Source: a bacterium
GTDB taxonomy: Bacteria; Patescibacteriota; Minisyncoccia; Phycocordibacterales; JAUSHB01
Assembly: GCA_030648955.1 (NCBI GenBank)
Contig: JAUSHB010000011.1
Coordinates: 7,366-71,365 of the forward strand
Direction: 5' to 3'
DNA length: 64,000 bases
Positions 1 to 9,589 of the stretch are shown piece after piece. The notes under the pieces are model-generated. The model was not told where the DNA came from and did not search any database. It saw only the letters and a list, made by a program, of their open reading frames with translations. Positions within the stretch are counted from its first letter, which is position 1; each line of letters starts with the position of its first letter. The translations under genes and the position numbers were made by a program.

Positions 1-282
1 GTCAGTCATGGTTGGACCACCCCAATTCATAAATTTATGAATCCCCCCTGCTTCTCTAATGGTCTTGTCCCCCGGCTCAAGATAGAGATGGTAGGTATTC
101 GCCAGAACAACTTGCGCGCCAAGGTTTTTCACTTGTTCCGGTGAAAGTGATTTTACCGTTGCTTTGGTACCAACAGTGACAAAGGCGGGGGTTTGTATAT
201 CTCCGTGCGGGGTTGTTAAAACTCCCGCTCTGCCAAGTCCGTTTTTGAGCTTTTTCTCAATTTTGAATTTAAGTGGAGACAT
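1..282 (-). CDS. tgt: Queuine tRNA-ribosyltransferase (tRNA-guanine transglycosylase), N-terminal part; truncated by the window edge
   Basis: Minus-strand reading from ATG at 280-282 gives MSPLKFKIEKK...GVLTTPHGDIQTPAFVTVGTKATVKSL...VLANTYHLYLEPG...FMNWGGPTMTD. This matches the canonical bacterial Tgt N-terminus (compare E. coli ...TPCFMPVGT...GNTFHLWLRPG...FMQW.GPILTDSGG). Not in the ORF track because it runs off the window. Confidence 0.75.
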   Translation of the reverse strand, partial: MSPLKFKIEKKLKNGLGRAGVLTTPHGDIQTPAFVTVGTKATVKSLSPEQVKNLGAQVVLANTYHLYLEPGDKTIREAGGIHKFMNWGGPTMTD

Positions 283-395
283 ATGCGTTTCCAAAGAATA
301 CCCGAGAATCCGAGCTTTGACAAACAGTTCGGTTGTGATAGTTTTTGAGAAGCTTTAGATTTGTACCTTACAACCTTACATAAGAGGATGATTAA

Positions 396-2147
396 ATGAA
401 CAATAGCCCGCTATCTTTGGAGTTGAACCAGCATGCACGCAGCTTTATTTCTTCGGATCTTCTGTATCATTTTAGTAATACGGAAGTACATGTTTTGTCG
501 AAATTTTTCACCAACCTCTTCGGGCGCGTGTTCTTTATACACACCCTTCCGGAAAGTATGATCGCGGTGCTTCTTGCAATGTATTCGCGGATCAAAAATC
601 CGCGTGGACTCCGAGGAATTTTTATCGATAGCTTCTTACCGCAAATTCTTGGAAGCTTCACTCGTGAATGCACCGAGCAGTTTGGCGATAACGTGGAGAA
701 TTTCCTCAAGGAACGTGATATCAAGTCGCTTGATCAATTTATCACGCACTCGACAGAGACATCGGAGCTGTTTAATAGCTTCTTAAGGAGTATCCATGTC
801 GACCCGAAATTTCTTGCACTGTTTGCATCTGCCGAAAAACTCAGGAAATTTCTCTCTACATGGCTCGATAAATATGGCCATAACTCTATTGCGAGAACGG
901 CGACGCTTCACATTTGCTTTGAAGGGATATCTATCCTTGCAGCAAAATCCATCGAGTGGACTCGTCCCGGTGCCGGGTATATCGAACTCTCCACGCGATA
1001 TGTTGATATGTCTGGGAAGGATCTCTACCCGGTTGAAAACGAGCTTCGAATCCTTGGCGTACATCCTGATTTTTGCGACGAGGTTTCCGAAGAATCAAAA
1101 AGATGCTTCGAAGTTTATAAAAGTCTCGAGGGTGACGCATGGAATGGACCGCTTCCGCAGTTTTTAGCGAAGCAATACCAAAATATTATTCCAGTGGATA
1201 AACTCAAGCAGGGTGTAATCGGAGAGACCTGCGATTTGCTTGGAAATATTCTTCCCTGTTCGACCTTAACGTCACTCGGAGGAAGTTTCAGCGGTGAATC
1301 ACTGGTAACGCTCATTCAACATTTGTGGATGGACATGCTTCCTGAAACAAATGCCATTGCCGAGGCAATTATTGCTGAAGCAAATAAGGTCGGAGCAAAT
1401 CAATTCTTGCGCCACCTTGAGACGACGCCATGGCAGGAAGCCATGTGGAATTACCTTTCGCCAGTGAATGGAACACAAGCGTCTTTCTCGGTAATACCTT
1501 CTCTCGCATATACAGAGAAAGCGCTTATGAGTGTACTTACTCTCCAAGAAGAGTTGTGGAAATCGAAGTCCATCGAAGAGGTGATAAGGATCCTGTCTCT
1601 TAACCCGCGTGGTGAGTACGATAAATTGCCGCGTGAATTTGAGACGGTTTCTGTTGGTTTCTATGGTGGAATGTCGTTTCGTGGGTGGAGAGACCTGCAG
1701 CGGATGGGATTATGTGCTCACAAACGTGGCCTTGTCTCTGCATTCAATGGTTTTTACACCTACACGAAGCCTGCGCCACAAGTTCTTATTGAGGCGTTCA
1801 ATCACATCCACCTCAAAAATGGAAGCATTGAAACAAGGCTTCTTTATGCCGCAAAGACTCACCGAGAAAATGATCGGAAAACAATGCGAGCGATCATGCA
1901 ATATCCACTGGTGTTGGGTAATATGGTCCCCTTCTATATGACAGGAAATCTTCGGCAGATGGAGTTTTGCAATTGGCAACGGAGTAAGCCAAGTGTTAAC
2001 CACGAGGTACGGGAGGTGTTTCTCTCCTTCGAGTACGAGTTACGAAATGCGTACCCATGGTGGGGAAAAATCTCCCGCGCAGATACAACTCCAGCATATG
2101 TGTTCGCCCGAGGAGACAGTGATATCCCTCTTTCTAAGGTTACATAA
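396..2147 (+). CDS. Large hypothetical protein (583 aa) with divergent ThyX-like (Thy1-fold) motifs
   Basis: Long ORF with a good RBS (AGAGGA 8 nt upstream). Residues around 190 read 'EWTRPGAGYIELSTRY', resembling ThyX 'W.RHR..S.NELSGRY', but the RHR is replaced. The C-terminal 'GNLRQMEFCNWQRSKPSVNHEV' resembles the ThyX '[22 protein letters not shown]' region. The homology is inferred, not proven. Confidence 0.5.
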   Translation: MNNSPLSLELNQHARSFISSDLLYHFSNTEVHVLSKFFTNLFGRVFFIHTLPESMIAVLLAMYSRIKNPRGLRGIFIDSFLPQILGSFTRECTEQFGDNVENFLKERDIKSLDQFITHSTETSELFNSFLRSIHVDPKFLALFASAEKLRKFLSTWLDKYGHNSIARTATLHICFEGISILAAKSIEWTRPGAGYIELSTRYVDMSGKDLYPVENELRILGVHPDFCDEVSEESKRCFEVYKSLEGDAWNGPLPQFLAKQYQNIIPVDKLKQGVIGETCDLLGNILPCSTLTSLGGSFSGESLVTLIQHLWMDMLPETNAIAEAIIAEANKVGANQFLRHLETTPWQEAMWNYLSPVNGTQASFSVIPSLAYTEKALMSVLTLQEELWKSKSIEEVIRILSLNPRGEYDKLPREFETVSVGFYGGMSFRGWRDLQRMGLCAHKRGLVSAFNGFYTYTKPAPQVLIEAFNHIHLKNGSIETRLLYAAKTHRENDRKTMRAIMQYPLVLGNMVPFYMTGNLRQMEFCNWQRSKPSVNHEVREVFLSFEYELRNAYPWWGKISRADTTPAYVFARGDSDIPLSKVT

Positions 2148-2170
2148 AATATAGTGTTCTGTATTTAAAA

Positions 2171-2207
2171 GGCAGCGGATTTTTATCCCCTGCCTTTATT
2201 TTTTTAA
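2171..2207. terminator. Bidirectional rho-independent terminator between convergent genes
   Basis: Hairpin ggcagcgg...ccctgcc followed by a T-run (tttatttttttaa). It lies between the stop codons of the + gene ending at 2147 and the - gene ending at 2196. Confidence 0.5.
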
Positions 2208-3032
2208 ATTCTTGATATACGCAAGCGCGCCCCATAGCCCCCCAAAATCACCGAGAGTTGCTTTTTCAATTTTCGAAACATCAGGCATGATGCGAAAAAT
2301 TTCACGAAGATGCTTCTTGACTGCATCAATAGGGATGCCTATCTTTTTCATCATTGAACCGCCAAGGACAATGACGTGTGGAGACCAATACGCAATCGTG
2401 TTATTGAGTCCGTACGCAAGGAATCTAGCCAGCTTGTCCCAAACGAGAGGGTCGGTAATCTCATATGGTTTTACACCATACCTTTTTGTTATCGAAGTTC
2501 CCGAAATATAGCTCTCCAAATCATTGCCCTCACATTCGGGGCACATTGAATTATCAGGGTCGACAATTTGATGCCCTGGTTCAAATCCATTTGCAGACTC
2601 GTCAATTTCTCCGTTGATAATTCTTGCCCCCCCAACGCCAGTGCTTATCGTGATATATGCCACAATACCATACCCTCTTCCTGCTCCATATACCGCTTCA
2701 CCAAGCCCAACCATCGCAGAATCATTTTCTATGTACACGGGAGCGCTTAAAAGATCTTGAAGTTTTCCACGAAGTGGATTCCCAGCCCAACCAGGGAGAT
2801 TAGGACTTGCTATCATCGTTCCTCTGTCTTGTGTAAGTGTTCCCGCTATACCACCCACAACTCCGTCAATTTTATCACCTTGAGCAAGTGCGTGCGCATG
2901 ATGTGCAAACAACTCCATCCCCTCTTCAAACATTTTTGGCGTTGGAATAACAATCGGCTCGCCAAAAGACTCTTCATCGCGCGTTGCTGCGATCCTCATA
3001 TTCGTCCCGCCAATGTCGAAAAGAATGTACAT
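2196..3032 (-). CDS. ROK-family sugar kinase (glucokinase-like)
   Basis: MYILFDIGGTNMRIA... N-terminal ATPase motif. The Zn/Cys-His region (HQIVDPDNSMCPECEGNDLESY) and glycine-rich ISTGVGGA are typical of ROK glucokinases. Confidence 0.85.
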   Translation of the reverse strand: MYILFDIGGTNMRIAATRDEESFGEPIVIPTPKMFEEGMELFAHHAHALAQGDKIDGVVGGIAGTLTQDRGTMIASPNLPGWAGNPLRGKLQDLLSAPVYIENDSAMVGLGEAVYGAGRGYGIVAYITISTGVGGARIINGEIDESANGFEPGHQIVDPDNSMCPECEGNDLESYISGTSITKRYGVKPYEITDPLVWDKLARFLAYGLNNTIAYWSPHVIVLGGSMMKKIGIPIDAVKKHLREIFRIMPDVSKIEKATLGDFGGLWGALAYIKNLKK

Positions 3033-3101
3033 AACTTAGTTTATTAGTTGATACGTTGGTTAGTTTTTTATTCTTGCGATCTAATTTCTCCATTCTAGGG
3101 T

Positions 3102-5090
3102 CTACGACCTTACTACCGGATTACACTTAATGCAGATTCCCATGCTTTCGAGCTTGTCTAAATATTTAATGATGGTAATGACATATTCCGCCTGACTCCA
3201 CGTAAGTGGCGCTGCGGATATTTGCTCACCAGTAAATGTGTCTAGTTGCTCTGAAAGAACCCCTGAAGGCAAGGAATATTCAACGACCCAATTAATCCAT
3301 TTTTTTACAACATCAAAATCAGACGCATTTTTTGCTTTTGCAATATAATATTGAGCAAGCCAGAGGCTTGTTATGAACCAGGGGTTACCGGGAATTGTAT
3401 TGGAGATCCGATAATACCGATCATTTTCATATCGCGCTATTCCTCCAACAAATGTTTTGCATGCAAGTCGTTCCTCAATTTTACTTATAAATTTAACCAG
3501 TCGTTCGTCATCCGGGGGCAATACACCAAATGCAAAAAGGCCGAACGCACTGCTCATATCAATGGTTTTATCAGTTTCTAGTGCTACATTATCTGGGGTA
3601 ATCATTTTATAAAATATCTCTTCATTGGGGTTGTAGAGATATTTAAATATTGCTTCTTTGATTTCTTCCGCTGTATCACGATAAACTTTTTCGCTTTTGT
3701 GTTTACCCAAAACTGCAGAAAAATTGGCTGCCGCAATAAGACCTCCATATACTGCACACGATGTGTATGTTGAAGTTCCAAACTTCTCTTCCCATAAGTC
3801 ATAGCTTGGTTTTGGTAATTTAATATATGGATCACGATACTGAACCATAAAATCTGCTGCTTTTTTTATAAGCGAATTATAAACTTCCTCAATAAATTCT
3901 AAATCTTTTGATACTTCGTAATGTTTCCAAAGAGCGTATATCACCAATGCGGTCTGGTCTTCTTGTATAGGAAGCTCGATTTTTCCATTCCGTATCCATG
4001 GATGCCATGAACTCCCGAGGGATTTATCGGGACGATATTTATGCATAAAATATCCACTATCAGTAATAACTGAATTACAAAATTCAAAAAATCGTTTTGA
4101 TACATTTTGGTCACCCGCACTATCGAGCGCGATTGCAGAATATGATGCGTCTCTTGGCCACATGTAACTATAGGTATCTCGTCCGTTGTTAAGCATTGAG
4201 TAGTCCCCCGAGGCGAGAATTGCGCCACGATTGTCAGTATGTGCGCGAATAATAAACAACGATTTTTTGAAAAGATCCACCGCCCCTTCCTCAAGTCCGT
4301 AAAAAGAAAAATTATATCGATTGACCCATGCCGACCAAAAATCAGAAGTTGTACGCAAGAGATGTTCTGGGGATTTTAATAATGTGTAATTATTAAGCGC
4401 GACAGCATCTTTTATTGACTCCGCTGCTGCAATCCAATAATAGAGCGTACGTTCTTCTTCTGGATCTAATGTCATATAAAAACCAAGTACGGAATCTGAA
4501 GGTCCGTGCTCGATAGGATTTTTCGACAATAAACCATCTTCCGCGTCCTTAAATGAACCCTCCCTTCCCTCAATTTTAAAAATACCCGTATTGAAATCGT
4601 CGAATGGTTTTCCATCAACCCTTCCGCTGATCAAAAAAACTCGTCGGCCATTATAGTGAATGACGGCGTTATTGATTGGATCATAATAAGCAGTGTCGCC
4701 TCGATGTGACTCATAAATCTCAAATTCGTGATTAAAGTAAACCTTGATCTCTTTTCGTGATATTCCCTTGTTGGTGACCTTCACTTTGCGTAAAAATATA
4801 TCTTTTTCATTATACACGACATCTGATATGTTAAGCTCGACGCCGAGTGCTTTATTAATTGCCTTCGTCTGCCCCATCAACGCATTACGATGTGATGAAA
4901 TGGAAGTGCTCCAATGAGGATGACCCATCCAGTTGAGTTCTCCATCAATCCATACTCCCAGACGATGTTCATAGTGCCCTCCCGTATGATTTTCAAGTCC
5001 AACATAAGGAAAATAAAAGTCATTCACTTGTGCATATTTGTCAAAAGTGATGAGGAGGTTCCCGTTACCTAATACAAGAGATTTGGGCAT
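3102..5090 (-). CDS. Glycoside hydrolase family 15 (glucoamylase / glucodextranase-like)
   Basis: 662 aa. The N-terminal beta-sandwich (GNGNLLITFDKYAQVNDFYFPYVGLENH) and the C-terminal (alpha/alpha)6 region (WEEKFGTSTYTSCAVYGGLIAAANF...WFITSLWLAQYY) are typical of bacterial/archaeal GH15 enzymes. Confidence 0.85.
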   Translation of the reverse strand: MPKSLVLGNGNLLITFDKYAQVNDFYFPYVGLENHTGGHYEHRLGVWIDGELNWMGHPHWSTSISSHRNALMGQTKAINKALGVELNISDVVYNEKDIFLRKVKVTNKGISRKEIKVYFNHEFEIYESHRGDTAYYDPINNAVIHYNGRRVFLISGRVDGKPFDDFNTGIFKIEGREGSFKDAEDGLLSKNPIEHGPSDSVLGFYMTLDPEEERTLYYWIAAAESIKDAVALNNYTLLKSPEHLLRTTSDFWSAWVNRYNFSFYGLEEGAVDLFKKSLFIIRAHTDNRGAILASGDYSMLNNGRDTYSYMWPRDASYSAIALDSAGDQNVSKRFFEFCNSVITDSGYFMHKYRPDKSLGSSWHPWIRNGKIELPIQEDQTALVIYALWKHYEVSKDLEFIEEVYNSLIKKAADFMVQYRDPYIKLPKPSYDLWEEKFGTSTYTSCAVYGGLIAAANFSAVLGKHKSEKVYRDTAEEIKEAIFKYLYNPNEEIFYKMITPDNVALETDKTIDMSSAFGLFAFGVLPPDDERLVKFISKIEERLACKTFVGGIARYENDRYYRISNTIPGNPWFITSLWLAQYYIAKAKNASDFDVVKKWINWVVEYSLPSGVLSEQLDTFTGEQISAAPLTWSQAEYVITIIKYLDKLESMGICIKCNPVVRS

Positions 5091-5141
5091 GATAGATTTT
5101 TAAGAGGTGGAACGACTATTAAAATCGCCATACTCATTATT

Positions 5142-5495
5142 TCACTTATATTTTTTTAGTGCCTTAATGGTGCACGCATGTGCAGAAGCTTTATTTTTGC
5201 ATTTCTTAAGTCCTTGCGCACACTCCGGATCCATAAGTACAAATTCAACCCAGGATGCAAAGTCGTTCTTTGTTGTGTTCGCATGATAATTAAATTGATC
5301 CTTTGATAATTTTTTGAGAGCATTACTTAAGTCTTTAAGATTCGCGAGTGTCGGCCCATTGTATACCCAAAAGCATTGTGCTTCTGAAGCATTGACCATG
5401 TGCTTACTTTCTTTCCCTTTGTTTTTTCTTGACGGCATTTGTATACTCGTTTTTTTAGCTACTACTTTTTTTACTTTTTTCTTTATTATTACCAT
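5142..5495 (-). CDS. Hypothetical Lys-rich small protein embedded in the alpha-glucan operon
   Basis: 117-aa ORF co-oriented and tightly spaced between the GH15 and GH57 genes. No recognisable motif. Confidence 0.4.
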   Translation of the reverse strand: MVIIKKKVKKVVAKKTSIQMPSRKNKGKESKHMVNASEAQCFWVYNGPTLANLKDLSNALKKLSKDQFNYHANTTKNDFASWVEFVLMDPECAQGLKKCKNKASAHACTIKALKKYK

Positions 5496-5546
5496 AGTGA
5501 TTTTATAAATTCTATTAAATGCATGTCCTGATACATGATGATATAT

Positions 5547-6767
5547 TTATGGTGCCGTTGCTTTCTCTTTATTCTTATGGGGTATACGAAGCCTGAGATC
5601 CCCTAATGCATTCATGAACGATATGAATGCTTCATAGGGAGAACTGTAGGGGTTAAAATATTTATGAACATCGCCATCAGCAAACCATTTTGTGCACATA
5701 TAATAAAAATGGTCGGAGGTCTGCATCTTTCTCCAGGTATCGATTAATGCTTTATTATTTGACCCGAGAACTGTTTTTTCTAGATCATAAAGCTTGCGAA
5801 TTGCGTCGTTTTGGATTGGATTTGAAAGCCATGCAGAGAGATCTCGTTCAATGTCTGCCCAGGAAATAAAATTATGGACATCGAGTTCGGAAACGGGGTT
5901 ATATCGATCGATTGCCTCCGATGGTGTGACAAAATCATTGTCTGGATGTTTTAAAATTTCACCCGGGAGATGTCTCAAGAATTCAAAAATGCCAGTATCT
6001 TCCCATTGATGTTCTCCAAACGTTTCATAATCCATAAAAAGATTTACGAGATTGCCATTTCCATTGACTGCTGATACCCACTGCGAAAACTTTGGCGCAG
6101 TAAGAGGATAATCTTTCCAATCACGAGATGAAAATCGAAATGCGATATCATCAGACAAGCGGTAATTTTTGAGCAAGACAGAAAGATTTTTGGTACCCTT
6201 GGGACGATAGAGAAAATTAGGACTTCTCCAACCCATAATATGATCTGCTCCTTCAGCCAAAATACCCTTGTAGCCCATTTTTTCTATTTCAACCGCTAGA
6301 CTATTGTTGTAAATGAGCTCTGTATTTCGAAACACCTTAGGTTTTTGTCCAAAGTGCTCCATTATTTTATCTTTATGCATTTTTACTTGCGTACGAAACT
6401 CTTCCGGCGAGTACAAAAAAGAAAGAGAGTGGTAGTATGTTTCACTTAAAAATTCTACATTCCCCGTTTCCGCAAGATCTTGGAAAGATTCCAGAGTTTC
6501 TGGAGAAAATTTCTCTAGTTGCTCCATAAGAACACCTGAAAGAGAATAACTCACCTTGAAATTAGGATGTTTTTTAATGAGTTCAAGTATTGTACGATTT
6601 GCCGGCAAGTATGATTTGCGAGCAACTTTTTCAAGAATGCGACGATTATTGAGATCGTTCTCGGAATTGTCGTTGAAGTACGCGTCGTCATGACCAATGT
6701 CAAAAACACGAAAATGTTTTATCCGGTAAGGTTGATGAACTTGAAAATAAAAACAAACTGAGGGCAT
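5547..6767 (-). CDS. Glycoside hydrolase family 57 (alpha-amylase / 4-alpha-glucanotransferase-type)
   Basis: The N-terminus MPSVCFYFQVHQPYR is the hallmark GH57 'HQP' motif region. The 406-aa size fits a GH57 catalytic core. Confidence 0.85.
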   Translation of the reverse strand: MPSVCFYFQVHQPYRIKHFRVFDIGHDDAYFNDNSENDLNNRRILEKVARKSYLPANRTILELIKKHPNFKVSYSLSGVLMEQLEKFSPETLESFQDLAETGNVEFLSETYYHSLSFLYSPEEFRTQVKMHKDKIMEHFGQKPKVFRNTELIYNNSLAVEIEKMGYKGILAEGADHIMGWRSPNFLYRPKGTKNLSVLLKNYRLSDDIAFRFSSRDWKDYPLTAPKFSQWVSAVNGNGNLVNLFMDYETFGEHQWEDTGIFEFLRHLPGEILKHPDNDFVTPSEAIDRYNPVSELDVHNFISWADIERDLSAWLSNPIQNDAIRKLYDLEKTVLGSNNKALIDTWRKMQTSDHFYYMCTKWFADGDVHKYFNPYSSPYEAFISFMNALGDLRLRIPHKNKEKATAP

Positions 6768-6889
6768 GAAATTAAATTTAAAATTAAAAAATCAAAATTA
6801 AAAATGACAAAGCAGAAACAAAAAGATAAGACGGCTCCTTTGTTTCTTTGTTTTTAAATTTTGCACTGTAATTTTGCATTTGTTATATA

Positions 6890-8116
6890 TTATACAGCAA
6901 ATTGTTGATTCGACAGAATTTGTTTGTAAAGATTAATACACTTGCGTGCGGACTCTCTCCATGTCACCTTACTTGCTTCATGCTTACCATTATCGCGCAG
7001 GGTATCTTTCAGTGAACCATGATTGAGAACACTCACAATCTTGTCCGCCATATCTTCAGTATCCCAAAAATCACTCTTGAGAGCATGGATAAGCACTTCC
7101 GAAACACCACACTGTTTTGATATAAGCACTGGTGTGCCACTCAATATAACTTCAAGCGGAATAATGCCAAATGGTTCAGATACAGAGGGCATAACATATA
7201 AATCTGCTGCTTGATAAATAGCAGATAATTCATCCCCACGAAGGAATCCTGTAAATATTATCTTGTCAGAAATACCCAGGTAGGCGGCTTCTGTCATTAT
7301 TTGATGTTCCATATCACCAGATCCTGCCATAATAAATATGGCGCTAGGACAATATTCGAGAACTCTTTTTGCTGCACGTATAAAATATTCGGGGCCTTTT
7401 TGAATTGTAATTCTTCCCGCGTAGAGAACAATTTTTTTATTCATCTCTCTAAAGTGTGTGACTATGTGACGGAGATCTTTTTTCCAATCGTTTTCGTCAA
7501 CACCATTATGTACCACCTCTATCTTATTTGGATTAATTCCATAATGCTCTACAATTTTTTGTTTCGTCATATTACTCACCGCAATAATTTTATCCGCAAA
7601 ATTAAGTCCGCGTCGCTCTATTTCGTACACATTTTGATTTACTCTCTGTCCCCCCGTGCGATCAAACTCCGTTGCATGTACATGAACAATCAAAGGTTTT
7701 CCACTTACTTTTTTTGCTTCAATACCAGCAAGAAATGAAAGCCAGTCGTGCGCATGAATAATATCAAATTTTTCTTTTTTTGCGATTCTTCGAGCGGATC
7801 GCGCATAACGTTCAACCTCTTCAAGAAGTGTCCTGCCGTAAATATCGTTTTTAATATGCTCGCGGTCAAGCACATATTCTTCGGAAGTTACATACGGATA
7901 TAGGAGTGAGTTTACTTCCTGAATTTTTATCGCGTGTTCATCTGCAAATAAAATTTTGATATCTGATGAGTGTACGTTAAATTTTTTAGGTAATACAAAC
8001 GTAATATGTACACGACTTTGCGTAAGTGCTTTGGAAAGACCGTAACAAGCGGTCCCAAGTCCACCGCTGTTATACGGAGGAAATTCCCACCCAAACATTA
8101 ATACCTTTATGTTCAT
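6890..8116 (-). CDS. Glycosyltransferase (GT4/GT5 GT-B fold), archaeal-type glycogen / alpha-glucan synthase-like
   Basis: MNIKVLMFGWEFPPYNSGGLGTACYGLSKAL resembles the N-terminus of Pyrococcus-type glycogen synthases (EFLP.K.GGLAEAL). The C-terminal GT-B E..E region (PSVSEPFGIIPLEVILSGTPVL) is present. It heads a minus-strand operon with GH57, GH15 and ROK kinase. Confidence 0.75.
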   Translation of the reverse strand: MNIKVLMFGWEFPPYNSGGLGTACYGLSKALTQSRVHITFVLPKKFNVHSSDIKILFADEHAIKIQEVNSLLYPYVTSEEYVLDREHIKNDIYGRTLLEEVERYARSARRIAKKEKFDIIHAHDWLSFLAGIEAKKVSGKPLIVHVHATEFDRTGGQRVNQNVYEIERRGLNFADKIIAVSNMTKQKIVEHYGINPNKIEVVHNGVDENDWKKDLRHIVTHFREMNKKIVLYAGRITIQKGPEYFIRAAKRVLEYCPSAIFIMAGSGDMEHQIMTEAAYLGISDKIIFTGFLRGDELSAIYQAADLYVMPSVSEPFGIIPLEVILSGTPVLISKQCGVSEVLIHALKSDFWDTEDMADKIVSVLNHGSLKDTLRDNGKHEASKVTWRESARKCINLYKQILSNQQFAV

Positions 8117-8353
8117 TGCGCGTTATTATTGTATTCAATAAATGTACTTAGATAACTTAAAAAGAAGAGTGATGCCAATCTACATGGAATATAGTATACA
8201 CCATTCACTTCTCGGTGTAGAGATGTGAACAAGTTATTTATCCACAGATTGAATTGTTGCGGTTGAAATTATTTTTGCTTACAGCCTATTTTTTTAAAAA
8301 TTATTCCATCTAAAATCTGAAAAGGGCAATTTTGAGCCTTTTTATATAGTATT

Positions 8354-8647
8354 TTAGTGAATCTTATTTTTACGAGTGATAGTTAACGTTACGCCTTCTT
8401 GTTTTAAAAGTAAGAGTTTCATCGCACTTCCCCTATTGTAACCCCCCAGATTCCCGTTTGAGTAGATTACACGGTGACAAGGAATGCGTGGATTATAATT
8501 TTTACTTATGATGTTCCCGACAGCACGACAGGCGCGTGGAGACCCTGCTCGTGTGGCAACTTCTTTGTACGTAAGCGTACTTCCACGAGGAATAGCAGAG
8601 ACGATTTTTAATACACACTCACTGAATATCGCGCTGTTTTTTCTCAT
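8354..8647 (-). CDS. Methylated-DNA-protein-cysteine methyltransferase, stand-alone C-terminal (DNA-binding/active-site) domain
   Basis: 97 aa containing the MGMT active-site motif ...NPRIPCHRVI... with the Cys retained. The N-terminal domain of full-length Ogt is absent. Confidence 0.8.
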   Translation of the reverse strand: MRKNSAIFSECVLKIVSAIPRGSTLTYKEVATRAGSPRACRAVGNIISKNYNPRIPCHRVIYSNGNLGGYNRGSAMKLLLLKQEGVTLTITRKNKIH

Positions 8648-8711
8648 ACTATGATAGTATACAATAGTAACACCATCGGTCGAAATTAAATATTAATAAA
8701 CTTACAACGTT

Positions 8712-8903
8712 ATGCTTAATAATCACTCTTACAATATCCTTCTTCAACTCACCGAAGAAAATAAAAGCCTTTGGCGAATCAAGGATGAGTATGAAAAAGA
8801 TTCAGATAACTGCGCAGACTGTAAAGCATTCTGGAAGAAACTTGAACAAGAAAAAGAAAATCATATTCTCGAGCTTACTGAATTAGCAAAAAAGCACCTC
8901 TAA
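8712..8903 (+). CDS. Hypothetical small protein (63 aa)
   Basis: ORF followed directly by a hairpin terminator. No recognisable domain. Confidence 0.35.
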   Translation: MLNNHSYNILLQLTEENKSLWRIKDEYEKDSDNCADCKAFWKKLEQEKENHILELTELAKKHL

Positions 8904-8912
8904 GGTGCTTTT
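8887..8912. terminator. Bidirectional hairpin terminator
   Basis: aaaaagcacctctaaggtgctttttt: A-run, 7-bp stem, T-run. Lies between the convergent genes 8712-8903 (+) and 8948-9472 (-). Confidence 0.55.
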
Positions 8913-8947
8913 TTGTTTCCTTGTATTCATCAAAATAAATATATCAA

Positions 8948-9472
8948 TTACTGCTCAACTACAACCACCGTACCTCGATCACTTTTATTGTTTTCGTTGT
9001 GATATGCCCAATTGCCAGCTTCGTTAAAAACAAAATCATACGTAACTCCTCTTCCAACTGTTTTACTTTGATTGAGGGCACTGTATGTTTTGTCTTCTTG
9101 CAGATCAGCAAAAATGCGCATAGCTTTATCGGAATTATTTATAAATCTGACACCTTTTCCCTTTTTGATTTGAAGAGTTGTTGGCGAAAATCCCCCGTTC
9201 GTGTAATAAATGACATAGAGACCGTCTTTGGTCATTGTTTGAACAACTGGTTTTGGTTGAGGACTTGGTTTTGACACTGTCGGAGTTTTTGGTACGATTT
9301 TAGTTTCCGTTGAAGTATTTGTTGTCGTAACCGTTGTTGACGATGTGGTTGCTTCTGGAGTAAAAATTGCGTCATTGTTGTTCACTGATGATTTTTCAAA
9401 AACATAATATCCTATTAAGATAATTATGACGCCAACGAGAATAAGGCTGACTTTATTGTTTTGTAGATTCAT
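8948..9472 (-). CDS. Membrane-anchored secreted protein with a cupredoxin-like beta-sandwich domain
   Basis: N-terminal TM helix, then a Thr/Pro-rich linker (TTSSTTVTTTNTSTETKIVPKTPTVSKPSPQPKP), then LYVIYYTNGGFSPTTLQIKKGKGVRFINNSDKAMRIF, reminiscent of cupredoxin-like domains that lack the copper ligands. Confidence 0.5.
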   Translation of the reverse strand: MNLQNNKVSLILVGVIIILIGYYVFEKSSVNNNDAIFTPEATTSSTTVTTTNTSTETKIVPKTPTVSKPSPQPKPVVQTMTKDGLYVIYYTNGGFSPTTLQIKKGKGVRFINNSDKAMRIFADLQEDKTYSALNQSKTVGRGVTYDFVFNEAGNWAYHNENNKSDRGTVVVVEQ

Positions 9473-9528
9473 GTTAATAAAATCTGACTAGTAATATGTA
9501 TTACGCATAATAATAAGATGTATGTAAG

Positions 9529-9566
9529 CACAAAGCAAGCCCCACCTAGGTGGGGCTTGCTTTGTG
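9529..9566. terminator. Perfect 38-nt palindrome / strong hairpin terminator
   Basis: cacaaagcaagccccacc|taggtggggcttgctttgtg is a perfect inverted repeat. It lies just downstream of the minus-strand gene 9590-10273. Confidence 0.6.
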
Positions 9567-9589
9567 TGAATATTCTCTAGCGTTAAAAT

